Shown here in pieces: positions 10,536 through 22,275 of a stretch of DNA of 64,000 bases. Made by a program: the position numbers and the translations under genes. Below the pieces are notes generated by a model, which was not told the origin of the DNA, made no database searches, and saw nothing but the letters and a program-made list of their open reading frames with translations. Within the stretch, counting starts at the first letter, position 1, and the number at the start of each line of letters is the position of its first letter. The stretch is from contig OX597836.1 of the NCBI GenBank assembly GCA_951406725.2, forward strand, positions 24,862,001-24,926,000, read 5' to 3'. This DNA is from Octopus vulgaris. Its lineage: Eukaryota.

Positions 10536-13500
10536 ATATGTGTGTGTGTTTATGTGTTGGGATTTGATCAGACAATCAGAACAAATCCTAAAATCTTTTC
10601 TACTCTATGCACAAGGCCTGAAATATTTGGGGAGGGGGCCAGTCAATTAAATCAACCCCAGTATGCAACTGGTACTTAATCTATTGTCCCCAAAAGAACG
10701 AAAGGCAAAGTTGACCTCGGCGGAATTTGAACTCAGAACGTAAAGACAGACGAAATACCACTTAGCATTTCGCCCAGCATGTTAACACTTCAGCCGGCTT
10801 GCTGCCTTAGAACAAATGCTATAACATGTAACTTTGTGGAGGCGCAATGGCCCAGTGGTTAGGGCAGCGGACTCGTGGTCAGAGGATCGCAGTTTCGATT
10901 CCCAGACCGGGCGTTGTGTGTGTTTATTGAGTGAAAACACCTAAAGCTCCACGAGGCTCTGGCAGGGGGTGGCGGCGACCCGTTGTACTCTTTCGTCCCA
11001 ACTATAAGTCCCGGGGTCGAGTTGCTCCATTAAAGGCGGTGCTCCAGCATCGCCGCAGTCAAATGACTGAAACAAGTAAAAGAGGAAAGAGTTTCAGCAT
11101 TTAAACTGGCCACAACTGGTCATATCCAGCCAAACTATCCTACTTTGTTTTATGCTCAAACTGGTCACACCCAGTCTCTTCTGCTTGCCTCACAATGTCA
11201 TACTGAAAGTAAACAATTCCATAATTGAAGTCCCAAAGCTATGAGATATGACTAATGCATGACTAATTCAAATCACAGGGAATAAATATTACATTAGACA
11301 GAATATTCTGAGTGTGAAAGGGTTAATAGTCTGTTAGGTCAGCATGACTTGAAACAGGAAACTAAATATTACAAATAACAACATTTGTAGAAAAAAAACC
11401 ACATGAAACAAACCTTTTCAGACATTTTCTCTTCAAAACTTAGGTCAATGCAGATCTTTAACCCTGACTTCAGTGCTTGCAGGCCCTTCTCGTGTAGAAA
11501 GCGTTTATGATCTCTTTTATTTAACATACCATTTTCTTTGGAATGTGTATCTGAAAAATGTCCAAGATGAGAAACTGTGAAAGAAAAGAACAAAACATTG
11601 AAACACAAAGATAAGCGCAGGCATAGCTGTGTGGTAAGAAGCTTGTTTCCCAACCACATGGTTCCAGGTTGGTGTTAGGAAGGGCATCCATCTGTAAAAC
11701 ACTGCTAAAACTGACACAGGAGCAGAGGGGAGTTTTTCTACTTGACCAGCTTCTGTGAACCATCCTACATAAGCATGCATGGAAGATGGTCATTAAACGA
11801 AGATGATGATGATGATATATATATATATATATATATAAACAAAGATGATGATGATGAGATATATATATATATATATATATATACAGGGTGTAGTGAATAA
11901 ATTGTCATCTAAATTACGCTGAAATGAAAATAATACTGACATCTCATTTTAACAAATATATTTACCAAAATTACATAAAAATATCTTGAAATTCTAAAAC
12001 GTAAATTTATTCAATAAAAATCTCCATTGGCTTCAAAAACGGCCTGCAGACGACTTTGGAACCTCCTGCAACTCTTCTGGACAGTATCCTTCTTTAAGTT
12101 GTTGAATGCTGCCAGTTCATCTTTGGTGTTACAAGGCATTATAGTCTTATGCTCAATTGTGCCCCACACGTAATAATCAAGAGGGTTGCAGTATGGGGAG
12201 TCAGGTGGCCAGATGTTAGGGGTCATGTGGTCGCAGAAATTGCTTGACAGCCACGACTGCAACTGGTACTTATTTTATCGACCCTAAAAGCATGGAAAGC
12301 AAAGTCAACCACAGCAGAATTTGAACTCAGAACAATAAGACAGATGAAATGCAGTCAAGCATGTTGCCCTGCATGCTAACAATTCTGCCGTGATTTTTTA
12401 TTTAAATTACAAATATTAATGAAAAAATATAATAAAATTTTTATTTACTAATATCGAGCATACACAAAGGCGGCAAGCTGGCAGAAGCATTAGCACACCG
12501 GGCGAAATGCTTAGCGGTATTTCGTCTGTCTTTACGTTCTGAGTTCAAATTCTGGCATGGTCGACTTTGCCTTTCATCCATTTGGGGATCGATAAATTTG
12601 CGTATTGGGGTTGATCTAATTGACTGCCCCACCACCAAGAAAAATTTCAGCCCTTGTGCCTAGAGTAGAAAAGAATCTATCTATCTATCCGCTCAGTCGA
12701 AGTCGACTCTTGGTCACTCGTTGGATCAGTGTCCTCCAGTCAGTTCTACCCTGGGTTGCTTCTTTCAGATTGGCTATGTCCATTCCGGTATCCCTCTTGA
12801 TGGTGTCAAGCCAGAGGGTTCTTGGTCAGCCTCTTCCTCTCTTGCCACTGACCATTCCGAGCATGATGTCCTTCTCCAGGAATTTTCTCCGCATATGACC
12901 AAAATATGCCAATCAATGCTTGGTGATCCTAGCTTCTAGCGACATTTTCGGCCTGATCTGCTTAAGAACTTCTCCACTGGTGAGCCTCGCTATCCATGGA
13001 ATCCGTAAAAGTCTTCTCCAACACCAAAGCTCGAATGCATTAATTCTCTTCTGGTCAGCTTTCTTTAGTGTCCAGGTCTCGCATCCATATGTTGCTATTG
13101 GGAAGACAATTGCATTCACCAATCTGCATTTGGTAGTGAGCCTGATGTCTCTACTCTTCCAGACTCTGCTCATGCTGACCATTGCCTCTCTGCCTAGTAC
13201 TATCCGCCATCTTATTTCTGGAGTGCAGTCACCATCTCGATTTAGTGGAATGAGATCACTTGAGATGGGAATAGCAGCACCCATTACAGACAACTCTCGT
13301 CACCTATGATGTATGTGCGTGCTCTCATGCACCAAGCATTTATATGAGAGGATCTCAAAAGGCTAATAACACAGCATTTGGTGTTCTAACAAGATATCCA
13401 CGTTAAGTTGGATGTACAGATTGCCATTTGGTACTAATACTACTTCTGTCACAAATAATTAATATATACACATATAAAGGCAGCAAGCTGGCAGAATCGT

Positions 13501-16500
13501 TATCATGCTGGGTGATATGCTTAGCAATATTTCATCTGTCTTAATGTTCTGAGTTCAAATCCAATGAGGTTGACTTCACCTTTCATCCTTTCAGGGACGA
13601 TAAATTAAGTACCAGTTGTGTACTGGGGTCAATCAAATCGACTGGCTCCTGTCTCCACAAAAATTTCAGGCCTTGTGCCTAGAGTAGAAAAGAATATATA
13701 CACACATATGTATGTGTGTTTGTGTGTGTGTGTGTGTGTGTTTGTGTGTGCGCGCGTGTGTGTGTGCACACACAATATGTGTGTGCCTTTGTATTTGTGT
13801 TTATCCCCACCACTACCACCACCACTCAACAACTGGTGTTACTGTGTTTACATCCTTGTGACTTAGCGATTCAACAAAAAGAAACTGATAGAATAACTAC
13901 CAGGCTTAAAAAAACATAAGTGCAGGGATTGATTTGTTTGACTAGAATCCTTCAGGGCAGTGGCCCTGCATGGCCACAGTCTGATAACTGGAACAAGTAA
14001 AAATATATATATGTGTGTGTGTGTGTGTGTACATGCACGTGTATGTGCATGTGAGTGTGTCTCATTGTCTTGACATCGTGTACTAGGCGTAAAATGCTTG
14101 TCACAAAACACAGGCGATAAACTACCTCGAATACTTGGTGGTGGTGTGGTAGGGGGATCATTAGAAATAATAGATAGCTTTTGTTACCTAGGCAACCAAG
14201 TTAGGGGTGTGGAAGAAGTCCTGAAAGTGTAATTCCTAGAATAAGAACAGGCTGAGCAAAGGTCAAAGAGTTTCTACCTTCGTTGGTAACTAAGGGCCTT
14301 TCCCTCAGCGTGAAAGGCAGATTGTATGATGTCTGTGTGTGTACAGCTATGCTACATGAAAGTGAAACATGGGCTTCAACTACAGAGGAAATGTGAAGGC
14401 TTGAAATAAATGATGCTGGCATGCTCTGCTGGATGGGTAATATCAGGGTGCATGCATGACAGAGTGTAAATTATTTAAGAGGAAAACTGGGTATAAGAGG
14501 CATCAGATGTTGTGTGAAAGTGAGAAGACTGCACTGGTTTGGTCGTGTGATGCGCATGAACAAGGACAGCTGTATAAAAAAGTGCTGAGCTCTAATTGTG
14601 GAGGGTACCAGTGGAAGGGGTAGACCCAGGAAGACGTGGGACAAAGATGCTGAGCCTCACTGAGGAAATGACAAGGGACCAGTTGTGGCAATTTGTTGCA
14701 CTTGAGAAAACATATCAAGCTAAATAAAATCGCAGTCATCCAGCCATACATATAGGCTTGTCCTTTACAGGTGCTAGGATCATGTAAAATGCACTCATGT
14801 CGGTGCTGCGTAAATGCACCCAGGATAGTGTCACATAGAAAGCAGCCGGCACACTCTGTAAAGTGATTGACATTAGGAGGGAGCATCCAGCTGTACAAGC
14901 CAGGCCATAACAAACAATTGGAGTCTGGACAGCTCCCCAGCTGGCTGGCTCCAGTCAAGCCATCCAACCCATGCCAGCATGTAAAATAGACAGATGATGA
15001 TGATGATATAATGATGAATAAATGATGTCATTTATTTCCAACATACATGTCTGGCCATGGGGAAGTTATTACTTTGCTTGTAAACAAGTGAAGGTTGGCT
15101 ACAGGAAGGGCATCCAATTGTAGAAAATTTGACTCAATAAACTTTGCCTGACCCATGCAAGCATGGAAAAGCAGATGTTAAAGTGATGATGATGATGATG
15201 ATGATGATGATGAGGAGGAGGAGGAGGAGGAGGAGGAGGAGGAGGATGACAACGACAATGATGATGATGACTTGAGTAATTAAGATGGTTGTGTATTCTG
15301 CTAGATTCATCAGTAAGAATAAAATTAGAGGCCTCTTCAACTGTGAAATGCTTAACTCTGGTTTTAGAGTGGAAAGGAGGAATACATACACCTTTTCTTT
15401 GACTGAATGCTAGTCATTGTTATTGTCATTTATTTTGTGATCAGAGATGTTCCTGTCATGACCACCCTTTGGGATTGCTTTTTTTTTTCTTTTAAGATAT
15501 AGCCTGCTTATGATTACATTAAGACTGCAGCATATGTAATGCAATGAAAATTTGGTACTATTTCTAGCAGATCAAGCAACTTCGTACAGGTTCCCTTTGC
15601 TCATACATTCGTATTCATGTAACAGTCACATGAATATAAGTGTAACACCCATCTGAAATTTAGGGTTAGAAGACATGACACTACTGAAATTTTTAACTGA
15701 AAGACAAGGCCCTATTGAAATTTTGGATTAATGAGCATGGCCCCTTCTGAAACTTCGGGTTAAAATGTATGATCCCTACAGAAAATTTGAGCTAAAAGAA
15801 AATTTGACCTCAGCTGCAATTTTGGATTAAAAGACACAGTTGCTATTGAACAATTATTTTGTACAAAGAGACCCCTTTGCTGAAATATGCTAAAAGACAT
15901 GGTTAGAAAAGATGTGGCCCCTTACCTGGAATTCTGTTTTTGGCCCTTTGTTTTTTTTCTTGTTTTTTAATTTTACGTGTCTGTCGTTTGCTCTCTTTTG
16001 TCTTTATCCAATAAGCTTCTCTTTTCTCTTTTTTCTGAAAAAAAAACCAAACAAACTTATAAATATACAACCTTAAATGTAAAGAAACCAGGCGAGACAA
16101 AAGCAAATGGCTTGGCATTTAAATAAATGTATGGAAATACTGCAAGCTTTGACACAAGGATACACATAACATTGGTTTTAAATTTTGGCCAGAGAGAGTA
16201 GAGTGACTACATTGACCCTTTTTGCTCAACTGGTGCTTATTTTATCAACTCCAAAAGGATGAAAGGCTAAGTCAACCTTGGTGGAATTTGAACTCAAAAT
16301 ATAAAAATGGACAAAATGCTGCTTAGCACTTTGCCTGGCATGCTAACAATTCTGCCAGCTTAAGGGTACACCTATTATTGATAAGGGGTACTGGTACTTC
16401 ATTTTATTGACACTTGGAAGAATTTTATGACCAAGTTGACATGGGCAGGATTTGAACTCAGAAGGTAAAGGGAGATAATTAAATTATCACCAGGCATTTT

Positions 16501-17655
16501 ATCCACTGCTCTGTTGCTTCTGCCTCTCTGCCACCCTACAAGTTTGGGTTAATACATAGAAATTTTCAATACATTCAAGCTAACGAGGCAGCAAGCAAGC
16601 AGAATCATTACCATGCCAGACAAAAATACTTAGCAGTGTGTCTTCTGATTTGATGTTTTGAGTTCAAATTTCACCAAGGGTGACTTTGTTTTTCATCCCT
16701 TCGGGGTTGATAAAATATGTACCAGATAATCACTGGGGTTAATGAAATCCACTTACCTGCTTCCCTGAAATTGCTGGCCTCATGCCAAAATTTAAAAACC
16801 AATATTTTTCAAGCTAACATCATACCGACAATAATATGGGGTTCAAATCTTAGCAGAAGGGTAGTAATTCTAACGGAAGCAGTAAGTCAATTACATTGGT
16901 CTGGTGTCCCAACTGCTACTAATTTTGTTGGCCCTGAAGAGGTAAAATGCAGAGCTGACCTCAGTAGAATTTGGATTCAGAACATAATCCTTTCTACTCT
17001 AGGCAGAAGACCCAAAATTTTTGAGGAGGGGGCCAGTTGAGTAGATCGATCCAGTACGCAACTGGTACTGAATATATCAACCCTGACATAATATTCTTTT
17101 CTACCCTAGGCACATGGCCCAAAATTTTGGGAGAGGGGGCCAGCTGAGTAGATCGATCCAGTACGCAACTAGTACTGAATATATCAACCTCGAAAGGATG
17201 AAAGGCAAAGTTGACCTTGACAGAATTTGAACTCAGAACGCAATAACAGGCGAAATACCACAAAGCATTTCGCCTGGTGTGTTAACGTTTCTGCCAGCTT
17301 GCCGCCTTGGATTCAGAACATAATGAGTCACAAGAAATTCTTTTATTCTTTTATTTGCTTCAGTCATTTAACTGCAGCCATGCTGGAGCACCGCCTTTAG
17401 TTGAACAAACTGACCCCATGACTTATTCTTTGTAATCCCTGTACTTATTCTATTGGTCTCTTTTGCCAAACCGATAAGTTAGGGGGACGTAAACACACCA
17501 AAATCGGTTGTCAAGCGATGGAGGGGAGCACAAACACAGGCACAAATATATATATATATATATATATATTTATTTTATTTTTTTTTATTTTATTTAGTTT
17601 CAGCTCACAAGCTGTGGCCATGCTGGGGCACTGCCATTTAAAAAAAAAAGTGCGC

Positions 17656-17710
<55 letters not shown>

Positions 17711-19091
17711 CAGACTTCTTTCAGTTTCCATCTACCAAATCCACTCGCAATGCTTTGGTTGGCCCAAGGCTATAGGGCTATAGTAGAAGACTTGCTCAAG
17801 GTGCCATGCAGTGGGACTGAACTGAAAACCATTTGGTTAGGAAGCAAGCTTCTTACCACACAACCACTCCTGCACCTACAAGACATTTTGTCTGACACGA
17901 CAACAATTCAGGAAGCTCAGTGCCTTAACTCTGGTTTCAAGTTTTGGAACAAGGCGAGCGAGTTCAGGAGGCGGGAGTGGGAGTGGGGATCGATTCCATC
18001 AACCCCAGTACCCATTTTATTGGGTACTTATTTTTTTGACCCAGAAAGGATGAAAGGCAAAGTTAACCGCAGCAGAATTTGAACTCAGAATGACACTTTA
18101 ATATTGACAATAATATTTAGAAAACAAAATAAAATGCAAACTTAACCCCTTGAGACACCCTCAGCTCTAAGGGATAAACTTCCCTAATTAAAATTACCGA
18201 AATTTTAAAAAACTTTCTTCCATCAAATTTTCATGTTAATTTATGTTCTAAACCCCAGTTTAACCGTTTTAATCAGTTCACAGCATCACCCGCCTGATAT
18301 CTGTGACCAAAGAGGAGACAACTACTCTGAAATGTTGGCAACTCACTGCCTAAGTAGGTGGCGCTGCAAACTGATCTATGTACCTCCACACCATTTGTCT
18401 ACTGTGACTCAAGCATATTTGAACTGATAATAACAATGGTAATAACTGGTAATAATAACTCTGGTAATAACATTGCAATGACAAAGATATTTTGCAGTAT
18501 TCTTCATTATTTTCGAAATTAATTGCCACAAAATGGACAAAATCAAAAGCAAACTCGATGAACATTAATGGAATTTGTAGTTTTGTGGTACCAGTGCCAA
18601 TGGCACATACGAAAACCATCCGAATGTGGCCGTAGCCAGTACCGCATTGACTGGCCTCCGTGCTGGTGGCACGTAAAAAACACCATCCGAGCATGGCCGT
18701 TTGCCAGCCTCGTCTGGCACCTGTGTCGGTGGCACATAAAAAGCACCCACTACACTCACGGAGTGGTTGGCGTTAGGAAGGGCATCCAGCTGTAGATGCA
18801 CTGCCAGATCTGACTGGCCTGGTGCAGCCTTCGGGCTTCCCAGACCCCAGTTGAACCATCCAACCTATGCTAGCATGGAAAGCGGACGTTAAACGATGAT
18901 GATGATGATGATGAAAGGCAGTGTATTGTTTAAAAGAAATACGGGAACAAATAGGTTTAAAGGAGTAAACCAAAAAAACAGATTGAAGAATATTAAAGAA
19001 AAATATAATTATTTACCATTTTATGTTTACTTGAAGATATTTCATTATCGGAATCATAAAGGGACGGAAGCTCATCTGGAAACTCCTCCAT
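4829..19091 (-). CDS. TRMT10B: tRNA methyltransferase 10 homolog B, spliced CDS complement(join(4829..4944,6180..6300,7135..7281,9870..10022,11414..11574,15926..16034,19017..19091)), about 293 aa
   Basis: Exons joined by GT-AG in consistent phase give MEEFPDELPSLYD...KKEKREAYWIKTK...SGLKICIDLSFEEKMSEKEISRLAQQLGRIYGYNKK...VYLSPDSE...VYIIGGLVDESIQKKMTYYKA...TARLPI...ILTVNQVLAVISEFLRTEDWRQAL...*. GGLVDESIQK and SRLAxQ..R.YG.NKK match the B paralog of the SPOUT-fold Trm10 family (recalled from human TRMT10B). Confidence 0.93.
5170..5530 (-). mobile_element. RTE-clade LINE 3' remnant with terminal C2H2-like motif
   Basis: CVICHKTCKTISGLERHMLGH resembles the C-terminal CxxC..GL..H...H of RTE ORF2; lies in the last TRMT10B intron. 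Confidence 0.5.
5640..5972 (+). mobile_element. RTE LINE 3' UTR with about three tandem ~60-bp internal repeats
   Basis: gccagcctcgtctggcacctgtgtcggtggcacataaaaagcacc repeated three times, then the common core and a gatgat tail. Confidence 0.8.
6180..6300 (-). CDS. TRMT10B: TRMT10B coding exon 6 (KMTYYKALQSGIQTARLPIDVFMMNGDRKGNYCRILTVNQ)
   Basis: cctag|AAA ... CAAG|gtgag; TARLPI and LTVNQ motifs. Confidence 0.94.
6385..6950. repeat. (AGT/AGC/GGT/TGT)n trinucleotide low-complexity tract
   Basis: Seen directly. Confidence 0.9.
7135..7281 (-). CDS. TRMT10B: TRMT10B coding exon 5 (WDVCDESY...VYLSPDSE...YIIGGLVDESIQK)
   Basis: ttttcag|TGG ... AAG|gtgagt; SAM-binding YLS/TPDS and YIIGGLVD motifs. 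Confidence 0.95.
7354..7778 (+). mobile_element. SINE family A, full length
   Basis: Same head, core and tail as 929..1325. Confidence 0.87.
8150..8530 (-). mobile_element. RTE LINE 3' UTR with tandem ~63-bp internal repeats
   Basis: Common core plus repeated ggtgctttttacgtgccaccggcacagaagccagtcaaggcgg. Confidence 0.8.
9415..9573 (+). mobile_element. RTE LINE 3' end with (GAT)n tail
   Basis: Common core. Confidence 0.75.
9870..10022 (-). CDS. TRMT10B: TRMT10B coding exon 4 (EISRLAQQLGRIYGYNKK...ECTRINQGFQNYL)
   Basis: ccag|GAA ... TTG|gtgag; 51 codons; conserved Trm10 motif. Confidence 0.93.
10141..10363. mobile_element. MITE-like inverted repeat with ~60-bp arms
   Basis: aatagtttcttgccatggggacatgtggttaggcagattttt pairs with aaaaatctgtctaatcatgtgtctccatggcaagaaactatt. 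Confidence 0.7.
10443..10548. repeat. (TG)n microsatellite, about 45 perfect units
   Basis: Seen directly. Confidence 0.95.
10597..10808 (-). mobile_element. tRNA-derived SINE family B
   Basis: Reverse complement of ggcggcgagctggcagaa...gagttcaaattccgccgaggtcgactttgcctttcatcc...ccttgtgcctagagtagaaaag. Confidence 0.8.
10838..11091 (+). mobile_element. tRNA-derived SINE family C (distinct head, family-A tail)
   Basis: ggaggcgcaatggcccagtggttagggc...gtttcgattccc A/B boxes; tail aagtcccggggtcg...gaaacaagtaaaagag. Confidence 0.8.
11414..11574 (-). CDS. TRMT10B: TRMT10B coding exon 3 (VSHLGHFSDTHSKENG...SGLKICIDLSFEEKMSEK)
   Basis: Polypyrimidine tract plus cacag acceptor, AAG|gtttg donor, CIDLS motif; a second in-frame acceptor would start the exon at 11550. 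Confidence 0.88.
11882..12260 (-). mobile_element. Tc1/mariner (DD37D/maT-like) transposon 3' remnant with TIR
   Basis: NIWPPDSPYCNPLDYYVWGTIE matches the WPPxSPDLNPLDY..W motif; TA-CAGGGTG terminus inside a (TA)n tract. Confidence 0.85.
12468..12675 (+). mobile_element. SINE family B
   Basis: ggcggcaagctggcagaagcattagcacaccgggcgaaatgc...gtgcctagagtagaaaagaat. Confidence 0.82.
12676..13260 (-). mobile_element. RTE/BovB-like LINE 3' fragment with (GATA)n tail
   Basis: EIRWRIVLG...TKCRLVNAIVFPIATYGCETWTLKKADQKRINAFELWCWRRLLRIPW is the classic RTE ORF2 C-terminus. Confidence 0.9.
13478..13695 (+). mobile_element. SINE family B
   Basis: Family consensus match. Confidence 0.75.
14150..15005 (+). 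mobile_element. RTE-X-like LINE 3' fragment (decayed ORF end, 3' UTR, GAT tail)
   Basis: Homologous to 24060..25330; RLHWFGRVMRM and GRGRPRKTW motifs. Confidence 0.8.
15645..15920. repeat. Degenerate ~31-bp minisatellite, about 8 units
   Basis: Recurrent ccc..ctgaaattttgggttaaaagacatg units. Confidence 0.6.
15926..16034 (-). CDS. TRMT10B: TRMT10B coding exon 2 (KKEKREAYWIKTKESKRQTRKIKKQEKKQRAKNRIP)
   Basis: tttttttcag acceptor and G|gtaag donor; basic N-terminal helix typical of Trm10 proteins. Confidence 0.88.
16990..17307 (-). mobile_element. SINE family B with a tandemly duplicated ~105-bp 3' part
   Basis: gggggccag.tgagtagatcgatccagtacgcaact.gtactgaatatatcaacc occurs at about 17028 and 17135. 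Confidence 0.8.
17340..17878 (-). mobile_element. SINE family A with internal (TA)n and a short insert
   Basis: Family consensus match. Confidence 0.78.
18590..18913 (+). mobile_element. RTE LINE 3' UTR with internal repeats and (GAT)n tail
   Basis: Common core. Confidence 0.8.
19017..19091 (-). CDS. TRMT10B: TRMT10B coding exon 1 (MEEFPDELPSLYDSDNEISSSKHKM)
   Basis: ATG at 19091, 25 codons, then a GTAAAT donor; phase 0 joins the next exon; upstream AG acceptors suggest a further 5' UTR exon. Confidence 0.75.
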
Positions 19092-19509
19092 TCTGGTATT
19101 TTATGGAGAGTTAGTGATTCTGAAACAGAATTTCAACAATTTCTTTTAATTTATTTTGGTAAAATGTCAATTTGCTATAAAAGTTAAATAATGTAAAATG
19201 CAGGGACACTGCCCATAGCCTTTTTCAAGTTGGGGTGTATTATGCTTTAGCTTTAATCTTTTATTTATTTCTGTCATGTGCCACTTACAGATTGTATTTG
19301 TAATGTGTGAGTTAGTTGAGAGATTTCATATAAATGTATGGGGGGGGGGGAGTATGTATGTAATTGTTCAGTTTTATTTCAAAATTTCTTGCCAAAAGGG
19401 AAAGAGCCGGTTTCTAGCCTAGATTTATTGGAATTTCAACAACATCAACAGGGAGGGTGGGTGGGTATGTATGCATGCATGATGTATGTATGTATGTATG
19501 TATGTATGT

Positions 19510-20219
19510 GTGAAGATTTGTATGGTTTGCTTTATGTATATATTCTCATGCATATAGTTGCTTATCTAGAAATGCTCATATATATTTAAATGATAAACTT
19601 TTGGAAAGTGTTACAGATTTTTACAGTTCCACTGATGGATTGGATCTGTAGTCTTCGAATTAGCTTTCTCCTTTCTGGTTTTGAGAAGCCTAATTTCCCA
19701 AGATTGGTATTTAGGCAGTGTGTTACATATCCCAGGACCCCAATAATTACAGGTATAGACGCATAGATGTTCTCTTTTTCACTGATCTTCAGCTTTATGT
19801 TATCTATCATCTGCTGGGCAGCTAATTTCCACAACTGCACACAGTTTCCCTTCTCTATCCCAAATCATTATATCAGGTCTGTTGTGCTTACATTTTATTG
19901 AGTTCTTTACTGGCACATTCCACCAATATTCCTTTTCATTATGAATGGCTATGGCTTCTACCATATTGTGGGTTCTTATTCCTTTGTCCTCACGGTTATC
20001 CTTTTGACGGATCTCATTCTACACTGTCCTAGCTACAACATCATGTCTCATCAGTAGATAATAACGTGATGATATTTTCAAACAACTGCTTATGAATATG
20101 GGTGATACCTTTGATGTTAACTCCACAAAGTCTGCATCGGTTGTCACATTTTACTGCTTTTCCTGCATCTCTAGCCCTTTTGTGCATCAGGTATTTGGTT
20201 GATATATCCTGTTCCTGTA
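19510..20219 (-). mobile_element. R4/Dong-like RLE-endonuclease LINE 3' fragment
   Basis: QEQDISTKYL...CRLCG...ITHI (CCHC knuckle), KHNRPDIMIWDREGKLCAVVEISCP (PD..E RLE motif), IPVIIGVLG; frameshifted. Confidence 0.78.
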
Positions 20220-21535
20220 TGCATCTATGTATGCATGTATGTATGAACATATGTATGTCTTATGAGTGTGTGTGTTTGTGTATGTGTTTGTCCCTCACTG
20301 TTTGATAACCAGTGTTGGTGTGTTTACATCCCCATAGCTTAGAAGTTCAGCAAAAGAGACTGATAGAATAAGTACCAGACTTTACAAAAAAAAAAGAACA
20401 AAAAATTGGAGTCAATCCATTCAATTAAAAATTTTTCAAAGCAGTGCCCCAGCATGGCCACAGCCCAATGACTGAAACAGGTAAAAGATAGAAAAAAGTT
20501 AGAATTGAATTAGAATAAAAATTAACAAATTCATCTGAAAAATAATGAAATCAACAGAATTGATTTTGACAACAAAAGAATAACACACAACCTCATCCCC
20601 ATGAACCCCTGGATATTAATGTCTCCAGTCCTAGGACTCAAGGGCCAATTACCTTGTTTCTATGGCACATAATTGACTGGGATCACAACAGTCCCCCTGG
20701 ATAGGAAGCTAGTCCATTGCAGGTTACTCGTTTACAGCTGAATGAAATGGAACACGAAATGAAATGTTTTCCTCACAGATGCAATGCACTGCCTTGCACA
20801 AGCATTGAAACCACGATCTTGCGATTGCGTGTGCAACACTTTAACCACTAGGCTACGTGTCTTCAAGGTGCAAAATATCTTACAGGAAAATTCATGATTG
20901 TTTAAAGACCAGATAACAAGTCTAAAAACCTTGATGATGATGATGATGATGATGATGATTAAGATGATGATAATGGTAACGGTGACAAGGACAGTGATGA
21001 TGATGATTAAGACGGTGAGAAATAAGATAATACAGATCCTGATGGCGAGATTATCATGATCATCATGATCATCATCAATATCAAAACGATTTTGTCATGG
21101 TTGATGCAATAATTACCAGTCATCAACTGATATTAGTTCATTAAGTTGTAATTAACCCCACCACCACCACACATACAGACCCACACACTTTTTTTAGAAT
21201 ATATATCTATGGACTTGTACCTATGTACAACAAAATTACTTTAACAATGTAATTATTTTATCACGCACATAACATAAGAAATATATTTTCATTATCTAAA
21301 GTAATTTTGCATGCTATTCATGATGTTTTTTACATATCATTTAGTGAAAAAAATAGGATTACCATCACAATCCTCTTCCTCCTCCTCATCATCATCATTA
21401 TTATTTGCTTGCCCTGTGATAAAATGTATATTTGCTGCTCTAATGCAAAACTGATGAGAATTACACCAACAACTGACTGAGGGTTATTGCTACAGTGGAA
21501 AAAAAAAAGAAAAAATTATTATTATTATTATTAAC

Positions 21536-22275
21536 AGCAGTGAGCTGGCAGAATCGTTAGCACACTGCACGAAATGCTTAGCGGTAATTTGGCCATCGCT
21601 ACATTCTGAATTCAAATTCCACCAAGGTCGACTGTGCCTTCCATCCTTTCGGGGTCGATAAATTAAGTACCAGTAGAGTACTGGGGTCGATGTACTCGAC
21701 TATCTCCCTCCCCCAACTTTCAGACCTTGTGCTTATAGGAAATATTATTATCATTATTATTATTATTAAGATAATGAACTGGATGAGTCATTAGTACGCC
21801 AGACAAAACACTTAGTGACATTTCATCTGTCTTTGAGTTCTAAGTTCTGAGTTCAAACTACACTGGAGTCGACTTCACTTTTCACCCTTTTAGGGGTCAA
21901 AAAAATAAGTACCAGTCAAGTACTGGGGTCGTTGTAATTGACGATCTATTCATCACCCCCACCAAAAAAAATTTCAGGCCTTGTGCCTACAGCAAAGAGT
22001 ATTTTTATTGTTATAGTCATTGTCATCCTCCTCATCATCATCATCATTATTATTATTAATATTATTATTGTTGTTGTTGTTGTCATCGTTGTTACGCTTG
22101 GCAGCATTTCATCCCTTATTACATTCTAAGTTCAAATTCTGCCACAGTTAACTTTGTCTTTCATCCTTTTTAGGGTCAATAAATCAAGTACCGGTTAATT
22201 ACTGGGGGAGGGGTCGATGTGATCAACTATCCCCTTCCTTACAAATTCCTGACCTTGTGCCTATAGTAAAAAGGA
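21536..22275 (+). mobile_element. Cluster of three SINE family B copies separated by (ATT)n
   Basis: Repeated gagttcaaattc...tttcatcctt...aagtaccag...ccttgtgcct. Confidence 0.75.

Noticed and set aside
10838-10912. tRNA-like sequence with A/B boxes (also near 27742 and at all SINE heads)
   Set aside because: No complete cloverleaf and it continues into SINE body and tail, so it is a SINE head rather than a tRNA gene
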